A stretch of DNA of 64,000 nucleotides, from contig JBIOHP010000005.1 of NCBI GenBank assembly GCA_044449065.1, positions 107,374-171,373 of the forward strand, in the 5' to 3' direction. This document shows, in pieces, positions 46,603 to 55,216 of this stretch. The notes below the pieces were generated by a model. That model had not been told where the DNA came from and did not search any database. It saw nothing but the letters and a program-made list of their open reading frames with translations. The translations under genes were made by a program, and so were the position numbers. This stretch comes from Bacteroidota bacterium. Its GTDB lineage: Bacteria > Bacteroidota > Ignavibacteria > UBA10030 > SZUA-254. Each line of letters opens with the position of its first letter. The first letter of the stretch is position 1.

Positions 46603-46817
46603 GTGATAGGTCGGATAATATCACACTACGACATCATTGAAAAATCCCGCCATAAAGACGGCGGGCAAGTCGGCGAGGGCGGCATGTCCCAACATCACTC
46701 GCGAATTGTTTTTACCAGTGATTGTGATGTTGCGAATCTCCCGTTGTCTGGATTCCGCTTTGTCAACGGGATTCCAAAAAGCGGAACCGTTGAGCGAAGC
46801 GAGAACGGGAACCCACT
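46603..46817 (+). promoter_or_regulatory. kinase leader element L5 (variant A, GTG-initiated degenerate uORF)
   Basis: GTG-IGRIISHYDIIEKSRHKDGGQVGEGGMSQ..., with the stop overlapping the K6 ATG (ATGA). Confidence 0.65.
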
Positions 46818-49202
46818 ATGATTGGGCGAACAATTTCTCATTACAAAATTCTCGAGAAGCTTGGTGAAGGCGGGATGGGCATCGTCTATAAAGCCAGCGA
46901 CACGAAGCTCGACCGTATTGTCGCGCTGAAATTTTTACCCCAGCACCTGACGGAAAATGACGCTGAAAAAGCCCGCTTTATGCAGGAAGCAAAAGCTGCC
47001 GCCACATTGAACCATCCTCACGTTTGCACGATCTATCGCGTCGATGAATTCGAGGGCCAACAATTCATCGAAATGGAATACGTAGATGGTGTGACCCTTC
47101 GTCAAAAATTGCCCATTCAGAAACAAACTGACGCAATCAGTTATGCTATACAGATTGGGGACGCTCTTCAAGAAGCCCACGGCAAAGGAATTGTTCATCG
47201 CGATATCAAAGCCGAAAACATCATGATCAACTCCAAGAACCAGATCAAGGTGATGGATTTCGGTCTGGCAAAACTTAAAGGATCGATGAAGTTGACAAAA
47301 ACATCGAGCACGGTAGGAACACTTGCTTATATGGCGCCGGAACAAATTCAGGGCGGTGAAGTCGATGCGCGAAGCGACCTGTTCTCCTTCGGTATATTGA
47401 TATTCGAAATGCTGACCGGGAAAACTCCCTTCCGCGGCGAGCATGAAGCGGCGGTTCTCTATTCCATTGTTAACGAAGTTCCGGACTCAGTTCTAAAACT
47501 CAGGCCCGACCTATCTCCTGAACTTGATCGGATAATCGGACGCGCCATAGAAAAGGACCCGGAGGATCGATATCAATCAGCCGCAGATCTTGTAAGCGAG
47601 TTAAAAAGAGTCCAAAAACAATCCTCGAAAGTTTCAAGATCGATAACCCACGAGATAAAACCTCCCGTTGCTGAGGAATTTCGTCCCTCATTTTCCCAGT
47701 CGGTTCCTTCATCCCAACCTAAAAAGGGAAGCCGGATATTCATGATGACTGGAATTGTACTTGTTTGCCTGATTGCGGCAGTGATCGCATACTTTTCATT
47801 CTTTGGCAAGCATCAATCAATTGATTCAATCGCCGTGCTCCCCTTTACGAATGTGAGCGCCGACCCCAACTCAGAATACTTAAGCGACGGAATCACGGAA
47901 AGCTTAATCAACTCGCTGTCTCAATTATCCAATCTCACCGTAATGTCGAGAAGTTCTGTGTTTCATTACAAAGGGAAAGAAATCGATCCGCAGAAGGCAG
48001 GTAAAGAGTTGGGCGTGAAGGCAGTACTTACGGGCAGGGTCGCTCAACGTGGCAATAATCTCCAGATCAGCACGGAGCTTGTAAACGTTTCGAATAACAG
48101 TCATATTTGGGGCGAGCAATATAACAAAAATCTTTCCGACATACTTGCCGTGCAGGAAGAGATATCGAAAGAGATTTCTCAGCAACTGAGCGTGAAATTG
48201 GTCGGTGAAGATGAAAAAAAACTTACCAAACATTCCACGGAAAACACGGAAGCGTATCAACTCTATCTGAAAGGAAGATTTTATTGGAATAAACGCAAAG
48301 CGGACGATCTCCAAAAAGCTATCGACTATTTTAATCAGGCAATCGAGAAAGACCCCGGCTATGCGCTTGCCTATGCCGGATTGGCTTCCACCTATGCAAT
48401 CTTTCCGGAATATTCAGGATTACCGGCAAAAGACTACCTCCCAAAAACCGAAGCGGCTGCGCGGAAAGCCCTTGAACTTGACCCGACCCTCGCTGAGCCG
48501 CATGCCGCATTAGGTTTAAACAGGTATGCCCACCAATGGGATTGGAAAGGCGCCGAGCAAGAATTGAAGCAAGCAATTGAGCTTAATCCGAATTACCCAA
48601 CTGCTCATCACTGGTACTCCATTTGCCTGAGACAACAGGGCAAATTTGAGGAATCGTTAGCTGAAATACAACGCGCGCAAGAACTCGATCCTCTTTCACT
48701 TATTATCAATGTGAATGTTGCAGAGGTTCTTCTTGTCATGGAGCGCTATGATCTCGCATTAGAACAGTTTAAAAAAACGCTCGATCTGGATCCTAATTTT
48801 CCCGGAGCGCTTCAGGGTCTCGGCATTGAGTATATGCTCCAAGGCAAATATGATGAGGCAATTTCCGAGCTGCAAAAAATCAGGCAGATTATGGACCCTA
48901 ACAATCCTTTTGCGCTTGGAGATTTAGGTTATGCGTATGCGAAAGCAGGCAGGAAAGATGATGCAATCAAAACGATAAACCAATTACTTGGATTAACAAA
49001 ACGCGGCTATACACTCTCAGATCAAATCGCTCTTGTGTATGCAGGATTAGACGATAACGATAAGGCGTTTGAGTGGCTCCAGAAAGCGTATGACGAGCAA
49101 GGCATAGGTCTTGGTTATCTTAAAATTTCGAAAGCATGGGATAATCTCCATTCCGATCCGCGTTTCACAGCAATGCTGAAGAAGATAGGTTTAGTTCAAT
49201 AA
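46818..49202 (+). CDS. receptor Ser/Thr protein kinase K6: kinase, TM, alpha/beta module, TPR
   Basis: LGEGGMGIVYKA, HRDIKAENIM, DFG, TM helix IFMMTGIVLVCLIAAVIAYF, AVLPFTNVSADPNSEYLSDGITESLINSL, TPR repeats. Confidence 0.9.
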   Translation: MIGRTISHYKILEKLGEGGMGIVYKASDTKLDRIVALKFLPQHLTENDAEKARFMQEAKAAATLNHPHVCTIYRVDEFEGQQFIEMEYVDGVTLRQKLPIQKQTDAISYAIQIGDALQEAHGKGIVHRDIKAENIMINSKNQIKVMDFGLAKLKGSMKLTKTSSTVGTLAYMAPEQIQGGEVDARSDLFSFGILIFEMLTGKTPFRGEHEAAVLYSIVNEVPDSVLKLRPDLSPELDRIIGRAIEKDPEDRYQSAADLVSELKRVQKQSSKVSRSITHEIKPPVAEEFRPSFSQSVPSSQPKKGSRIFMMTGIVLVCLIAAVIAYFSFFGKHQSIDSIAVLPFTNVSADPNSEYLSDGITESLINSLSQLSNLTVMSRSSVFHYKGKEIDPQKAGKELGVKAVLTGRVAQRGNNLQISTELVNVSNNSHIWGEQYNKNLSDILAVQEEISKEISQQLSVKLVGEDEKKLTKHSTENTEAYQLYLKGRFYWNKRKADDLQKAIDYFNQAIEKDPGYALAYAGLASTYAIFPEYSGLPAKDYLPKTEAAARKALELDPTLAEPHAALGLNRYAHQWDWKGAEQELKQAIELNPNYPTAHHWYSICLRQQGKFEESLAEIQRAQELDPLSLIINVNVAEVLLVMERYDLALEQFKKTLDLDPNFPGALQGLGIEYMLQGKYDEAISELQKIRQIMDPNNPFALGDLGYAYAKAGRKDDAIKTINQLLGLTKRGYTLSDQIALVYAGLDDNDKAFEWLQKAYDEQGIGLGYLKISKAWDNLHSDPRFTAMLKKIGLVQ

Positions 49203-49247
49203 TATGAAACTCACATTATAAAAGGACAGGAATAAGCGAGGTCAACT

Positions 49248-49682
49248 ATGACAACGGTTAGAAATATCATACAAGCTAAGGGGAGCAACGTCTGGGCGAT
49301 TGGTCCCACGGCTTCCGTGTTTGAAGCCCTCAAATTGATGGCGGAAAAAAATGTTGGGGTATTACTTATCAGGGAAGGAGAAGCGGTGGTGGGGATATTA
49401 TCGGAGCGCGATTACGCCCGCAAGATTGCCCTAAAGGGATTGACTTCGCACAAGGTGTTAGTTAAAGAAATCATGACAGCGAAGGTCATATCCATCGCGC
49501 CAGAACAATCCATCGACGACTGTATGGCTATTATGCTGGAAAAACATATCCGCCATCTTCCTGTCATGGAAAACAACCTTTTAAGAGGGATCGTCTCGAT
49601 CGGCGATGTGGTTAAAGCTATTGTCGCTGAACGGGAGCAAACAATTGAACACCTGACAAACTACATAACCGGAAACCGGTAG
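49248..49682 (+). CDS. CBS-domain pair protein
   Basis: 144 aa with two CBS motifs (…GVLLIREGEAVVGILSERD… and …HLPVMENNLLRGIVSIGD…), inserted between K6 and leader L6. Confidence 0.75.
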   Translation: MTTVRNIIQAKGSNVWAIGPTASVFEALKLMAEKNVGVLLIREGEAVVGILSERDYARKIALKGLTSHKVLVKEIMTAKVISIAPEQSIDDCMAIMLEKHIRHLPVMENNLLRGIVSIGDVVKAIVAEREQTIEHLTNYITGNR

Positions 49683-49685
49683 GCA

Positions 49686-49900
49686 ATGATCGGTCAAACA
49701 ATTTCCCATTATAAGATTCTTGAAAAGCCCCGCCACAAAGACGGCGGGCAAGTCGGCGAGGGCGAAATATCCCAAAATCACCCACGCGCGTTTTTTGCAA
49801 GTGGTTGTGATTTTGCGGATCTCCCGTTGTTTGGATTTCGCTTTGACAACGGGATTCCAAAAAGCGGAACCGTTGAGCGAAGCGAGAACGGGAGCCCCCT
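49686..49900 (+). promoter_or_regulatory. kinase leader element L6 (variant A)
   Basis: uORF MIGQTISHYKILEKPRHKDGGQVGEGEISQNHPRAFFASGCDFADLPLFGFRFDNGIPKSGTVERSENGSPL, with its stop overlapping the K7 ATG. Confidence 0.7.
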
Positions 49901-52285
49901 ATGATTGGGCAGACAATATCTCATTACAAAATTCTTGAGAAATTGGGTGAGGGTGGAATGGGCATCGTCTACAAGGCAGAAGACACGCGTCTTCACCGGA
50001 TGGTGGCTATAAAGATATTGCCGACTCACCTCGCCGTTCACGGCGAGGAGCGTGAACGCTTTACCCTTGAGGCGCAAGCGGCTTCAGCGATTAACAATCC
50101 GAACATCTGTACGATTTATGAAATTGATGAAACGAACGATGATACGTTTATCGTGATGGAATATGTCGAAGGGAGTACGGTTCGCGAATGGATTCAGAAG
50201 AAACTCAGTGAAACGGAAGGATTCCGCAAGACGGGACTAACAGAAGCGATTCACCTTGCTATCCAGATTGCCGAGGGACTTGATAAGGCGCACGAAAAGG
50301 GAATCGTTCACCGCGATATTAAGTCGGAGAACGTGATGGTCACCCCGGATGGCCGCGCGAAGATCATGGATTTTGGATTGGCGAAACTTCGCGGCGTCAG
50401 TAAGCTTACAAAAGTAGGCAGCACGGTCGGAACACTTGCCTATATGTCTCCCGAGCAGATCGAAGGACTCGAAACAGACCACCGCACAGACATTTTCAGT
50501 TTCGGCGTCCTGCTCTATGAAATGATCACGGGGAAACTTCCGTTTCTCGCCGCCCACGAAGCGGCAATCATGTACGAGATCATCAATGTGGTGCCGCAGC
50601 AACCCTCGCAGGTGCGCCAGACCGTCGACTTGGAGCTCGACCGGATAGTCATGAAGTGCATGGAAAAGAATCGTGACGAACGATATCAATCGTTGAAAGA
50701 AGTTGTCGTTGATCTTCGACGATTTAGCCGAGACTCCTCAGGTAAAACGATGGCTCGTCCGGCTACCATGAGTGATCACGCCCACCAGAACAAGAGTGCT
50801 TCTTCACCACGGTCATCAAGAACGAATATTGCAGCGATTGCAGGCAGCGTAATTCTTATAAGCGCTTCACTCTCATATTACTACTTCACACACCACCCAT
50901 CCTCAATCGATTCGCTCGCAGTGCTTCCGTTCGTCAACGCCAGCCCCGATTCAAGCATGGAATATCTCAGCGATGGAATCACCGAGTCTCTCATCAATTC
51001 TCTCTCGCAACTCCCGGACTTAAAAGTGATGTCGAGGAATTCGGTTTTTCGTTATAAGGGAAGCAATGCCGATCTTCAAACGATCGGACGGGAAGTCGGC
51101 GTCCATGCGATACTATTGGGGCGCGTGTTGGAACGTGGGGATAATCTCAGCATCAGTGCCGAGCTGATCAATGTATCGGATAACAGCCATCTCTGGGGCG
51201 AGCAGTACAACAGGAAATCTGCAGACCTCCTCGCCGTTCAGGAAGAAATAACACGCGATATTTCAGATAAATTGAAGCTTCGCCTCGCCGACAAGGACGA
51301 AAAACATTCCGCCAAAGCATCAACCGAGAACACGGAAGCATACCAATTGTACCTGAAAGGTCGTTATCACTGGAACAGGCGTTCCGCCGACGAGCTCCGG
51401 AAAGCGATTGATTACTTCCAGCAGGCGGTTGAATCAGACCCAAATTATGCCCTCGCCTATTCAGGAATTGCAGATGCATACGGAGTCCTCGGGTGGTTTG
51501 AATATGGCATAGTGTCTCCGCGCGATGCGTTCCCCAAAGCCAAAGCCGCAGCGCTCAAAGCCGTGGCAATCGATCCGGGGCTGGCTGAAGGATATGCCTC
51601 TCTTGCCTTTGCGTACCAGCACGATCATGACACACTTGCCGCGTCTCAGAACTACAAACGGGCGATTGAACTTAATCCTTCATATCCGACCGCCCATCAT
51701 TGGTATTCCGAGGAGTTGATGAGCGAGGGGAAAAAGGATGAATCTATCGAAGAGATAAAGCGCGCGCTCACCCTCGATCCGCTTTCGTTGATTATTACCC
51801 GCGATGTGGGCTGGATGTATTACTTCGCCCGCCGGTACGACGAAGCGAGTGTATACATTCAAAAATCGTTGGATCTCGATTCGAATTTTTCGCGGGGCCA
51901 TCTTCTCCTTGGTCTGTGCCGCATCCAGCAGGGAGCGCTTGGCGATGCCATAACCGAATTCAAAACAGCTTCGAAATTCTCGAACGAGACTATCAGTACC
52001 GCCCTCCTTGCCTATTGTTATGCTAAAGCTGGAAAAACCACCGAGGCAAAAGATATTCTCCGGAGTATGCTTTCACTTTCCTCATCGAAGTATGTTTCGC
52101 CCGGCGCAATTGCGCTGGTCTATATGGGCCTCGGAGATCGGGAAAAGATTTTCGAGTGGCTTAACAAAGCTGTCGACGATCAATCGGGAATTTTTGGTTT
52201 TGTAAAGGTTGATCCGCTCTTTGATGGCATCAGGAATGATCCCCAATTCGTCGCATTGCTGCACAAGGGAGGGATCCCTCTATGA
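49901..52285 (+). CDS. receptor Ser/Thr protein kinase K7: kinase, TM, alpha/beta module, TPR
   Basis: LGEGGMGIVYKA, HRDIKSENVM, DFG, a TM helix, AVLPFVNASPDSSMEYLSDGITESLINSL, TPR repeats. Confidence 0.9.
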   Translation: MIGQTISHYKILEKLGEGGMGIVYKAEDTRLHRMVAIKILPTHLAVHGEERERFTLEAQAASAINNPNICTIYEIDETNDDTFIVMEYVEGSTVREWIQKKLSETEGFRKTGLTEAIHLAIQIAEGLDKAHEKGIVHRDIKSENVMVTPDGRAKIMDFGLAKLRGVSKLTKVGSTVGTLAYMSPEQIEGLETDHRTDIFSFGVLLYEMITGKLPFLAAHEAAIMYEIINVVPQQPSQVRQTVDLELDRIVMKCMEKNRDERYQSLKEVVVDLRRFSRDSSGKTMARPATMSDHAHQNKSASSPRSSRTNIAAIAGSVILISASLSYYYFTHHPSSIDSLAVLPFVNASPDSSMEYLSDGITESLINSLSQLPDLKVMSRNSVFRYKGSNADLQTIGREVGVHAILLGRVLERGDNLSISAELINVSDNSHLWGEQYNRKSADLLAVQEEITRDISDKLKLRLADKDEKHSAKASTENTEAYQLYLKGRYHWNRRSADELRKAIDYFQQAVESDPNYALAYSGIADAYGVLGWFEYGIVSPRDAFPKAKAAALKAVAIDPGLAEGYASLAFAYQHDHDTLAASQNYKRAIELNPSYPTAHHWYSEELMSEGKKDESIEEIKRALTLDPLSLIITRDVGWMYYFARRYDEASVYIQKSLDLDSNFSRGHLLLGLCRIQQGALGDAITEFKTASKFSNETISTALLAYCYAKAGKTTEAKDILRSMLSLSSSKYVSPGAIALVYMGLGDREKIFEWLNKAVDDQSGIFGFVKVDPLFDGIRNDPQFVALLHKGGIPL

Positions 52286-55005
52286 TCGGACAAACTATTT
52301 CGCATTACAAAATTCTTGAGAAGTTAGGTGAAGGCGGCATGGGCGTCGTCTATAAAGCCCAGGATACAAAACTTGATCGCTTTGTCGCGCTGAAGTTCCT
52401 CCCCTCCCAACTCAATGCCTCCGAACAGGACAAGGCGCGGTTCACGCAAGAGGCGAAATCCGCGGCAGCGCTGAACCATCCGAATGTCTGTTCGATCATC
52501 GACATACAGGAACACGATGGAACGATGTTTATCGTGATGGAGTTTGTGGATGGCCAGACCCTCCGCGACAAAATGAAGACCGCCGGAAGTGCGATTGAAG
52601 GTTCTACACTTCCCTTGAAACAGGCGATCGATATCGGAATCCAGATATCAGATGGGCTTGCTGCGGCGCATGAAAAAGGAATTGTACACCGGGACATCAA
52701 ACCGGAAAATATCATGATCCGCAAAGACGGCATCGCGCAGATTATGGATTTCGGATTGGCAAAACTTCGCGCGAGCGGCAGCAAGATAACCCGTCTTACA
52801 AAAGAAGGCAGCACGGTAGGCACAGCAGGATATATGTCGCCGGAGCAGATTCAGGGACAGGACACCGACCCCCGCTCGGATATTTTCTCTCTGGGAGCGC
52901 TGTTGTACGAACTATTTACGGGGGAATTACCCTTTAGAGGAGTTCATGAAACCGCGTTAATGTACGAAATCGTCAACGTTGACCCGGCGCCATTGTCGGC
53001 GGTGAAACCGGAAATCGATTCTTCACTCGATGCAATTGTCTTAGAGTGCCTTGCCAAATATCCCTCGGAACGGTTCCAGTCTGTCGCAGAGGTTGGCAAG
53101 GAACTGAGGAGATTCAAGCGCGAATCATCACGGCAAAAAGTTAGCAGAATAACCTCTGCCCGCCCGGCATACGTTCAATCCGCAACCATTCCGGTAATGG
53201 CGCCAACGCCTGCTCCTGTTCAGATTCAACAACAGACCCGTCTGCCCTGGATTGTGAGTGGACTCCTTTTTCTTGTTGCTGTGGCGTCAATCATTTTTCA
53301 TTTCCTTACTCCCCCTTCACATGTGGAAAATCGAGTCACGAGATCATTGATTTTACCCCCCGCGAAAACAAATTTTAATATGCAGGTCGGCGGGCACCTT
53401 GCCATCTCCCCCGATGGCAATAGCATCGCATTTGTTGGAACCGATTCCAGCGGCGTCGACCACGTTTGGGTCCGTCCAATCAATTCGTTAACGGCTATCT
53501 CGCTCTCTGGAACAGAAGGCGCAACATACCCCTTCTGGTCCCCCGACAGCCGCACAATAGGATTCTTTGCGGGCGGCAAGCTCAAGAAGATCGAAGCAAC
53601 AGGCGGACCTGTTCTTACGATCTGCGATGCTTCCGATGGGCGCGGGGGAACATGGAATGAGGCGGGCATTATCGTGTTTTCCGCTGGTCCGAGCGATCCG
53701 CTCTCCAAGGTATCATCAGCCGGAGGAATCCCGGCGAGGATAACTGTATTGGATACTTCCCACCATGAAAATAGTCACCGCTGGCCCTGGTTTCTACCCG
53801 ATGGAAAACATTTTCTCTATACGACTCAATCTCAGACGACAGGCGGAACGGATAATGACGCAATCAGAATTTCAACCATCGATTCCTCCATGAACAAAAC
53901 ATTGATCCCTGGCAATTCGAATACGTGTTTTGTTAATGGGCATATTTTATTTATCCGGCAAGGGACATTGATGGCGCAACCATTTGATCCCGGAAAACTC
54001 GAAATGACCGGTGACGCTATTCCAATCGCGGAACAAATCCAATATGGAGCGGCGCGCAGCAGGGGGATGTTTTCCTCATCGTTGAACGGAGTGCTTATTT
54101 TTCAGAGCGGCGAAAATCAAACGCAACGGGTTGCCATATTCGACCGCACCGGCAACCGGACGCATCTTGTTACCGATCTCAATGCGTCTAATCCGAAGTT
54201 TTCACCGGACCAAAGTCACATCGTCTACCATATTATTGATCCCCAGTCCCGCAACGCCGATATCTGGGTTCACGAACTTTCGAGGGGAGTGAGTTCCCGA
54301 TTAACATTTAACCCTGCGTTTGAAATACAACCGTTTTGGTCTCCTCACGGGGACACCGTTGTTTTCGGCTCCAACCGGAAGGGCGTGTACAATCTCTACA
54401 TCAAAAGCGCAAACGGTGCAGGCGATGAACAACTCATTTTGGAATCGAACCGCGACAAGTATGTCAGCGACTGGTCGCGCGATGGACGGTATTTGGCATT
54501 CACCACGACCGGAGATCCAAAAACAAAAGCTGATCTCTGGGTGCTTCCGTTTTTTGGCGACCGGAAACCGATACCTTTTGTCCAAACTGAGTTCAATGAA
54601 GGAAACGGCAGTTTTTCCCCGGATTCTCGCTGGATTGCCTATCAATCCGATGAAAGCGGAAGAAGTGAAATCTATGCCCGCTTACTCGATGGTTCCGGAG
54701 GAAAGTTCCAGATATCGACAAATGGCGGTAGAAAACCGTTCTGGAAATTAGATGGCAGGCAGCTCTTTTTCACCTCAACCGACAGAAAATTACAGGTTGC
54801 GTACATTAAGGAAAACGCATCTTCCCTTTTTGTCGACAGTGTAGCCACATTGTTTGATTTTGAATCGCGCGGTATCATAGCTAACAATATCGACGATGTT
54901 AGCAACGACGGCAAGCAAGTTCTCGCCCTAGTTACGGACTCCAAACAAACTTCGACGCCCATTACACTTGTCGTGAACTGGGACGAGGAGTTGAGGAAGA
55001 AATGA
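52282..55005 (+). CDS. receptor Ser/Thr protein kinase K8: kinase, TM, PD40 beta-propeller (no leader; its ATG overlaps the K7 stop)
   Basis: LGEGGMGVVYKA, HRDIKPENIM, DFG, TM helix LPWIVSGLLFLVAVASIIF, PD40 repeats. ATGA overlap with K7 at 52282-52285. Confidence 0.9.
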   Translation: MIGQTISHYKILEKLGEGGMGVVYKAQDTKLDRFVALKFLPSQLNASEQDKARFTQEAKSAAALNHPNVCSIIDIQEHDGTMFIVMEFVDGQTLRDKMKTAGSAIEGSTLPLKQAIDIGIQISDGLAAAHEKGIVHRDIKPENIMIRKDGIAQIMDFGLAKLRASGSKITRLTKEGSTVGTAGYMSPEQIQGQDTDPRSDIFSLGALLYELFTGELPFRGVHETALMYEIVNVDPAPLSAVKPEIDSSLDAIVLECLAKYPSERFQSVAEVGKELRRFKRESSRQKVSRITSARPAYVQSATIPVMAPTPAPVQIQQQTRLPWIVSGLLFLVAVASIIFHFLTPPSHVENRVTRSLILPPAKTNFNMQVGGHLAISPDGNSIAFVGTDSSGVDHVWVRPINSLTAISLSGTEGATYPFWSPDSRTIGFFAGGKLKKIEATGGPVLTICDASDGRGGTWNEAGIIVFSAGPSDPLSKVSSAGGIPARITVLDTSHHENSHRWPWFLPDGKHFLYTTQSQTTGGTDNDAIRISTIDSSMNKTLIPGNSNTCFVNGHILFIRQGTLMAQPFDPGKLEMTGDAIPIAEQIQYGAARSRGMFSSSLNGVLIFQSGENQTQRVAIFDRTGNRTHLVTDLNASNPKFSPDQSHIVYHIIDPQSRNADIWVHELSRGVSSRLTFNPAFEIQPFWSPHGDTVVFGSNRKGVYNLYIKSANGAGDEQLILESNRDKYVSDWSRDGRYLAFTTTGDPKTKADLWVLPFFGDRKPIPFVQTEFNEGNGSFSPDSRWIAYQSDESGRSEIYARLLDGSGGKFQISTNGGRKPFWKLDGRQLFFTSTDRKLQVAYIKENASSLFVDSVATLFDFESRGIIANNIDDVSNDGKQVLALVTDSKQTSTPITLVVNWDEELRKK

Positions 55006-55216
55006 TCGGTCAAATAATTTCACATTATAAGATTCTTGAAAAGCCCCGCCACAAAGATGGCGGGCAAGTCGGCGAAGGCGGAATGTCCCAAACTTTCCCA
55101 CAAGCGCAGCGAGTGGATGAAAGTTTGAGGATCTCCCGTTGTTTGGATTCCGCTTTGACAACGGGATTCCAAAAAGCGGAACAGCTGGAACGCAGTGGAA
55201 GCGGGAGGCGTGGACT
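55002..55216 (+). promoter_or_regulatory. kinase leader element L7 (variant B)
   Basis: The uORF ATG overlaps the K8 stop. uORF MIGQIISHYKILEKPRHKDGGQVGEGGMSQTFPQAQRVDESLRISRCLDSALTTGFQKAEQLERSGSGRRGL, with its stop overlapping the K9 ATG. Confidence 0.7.
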
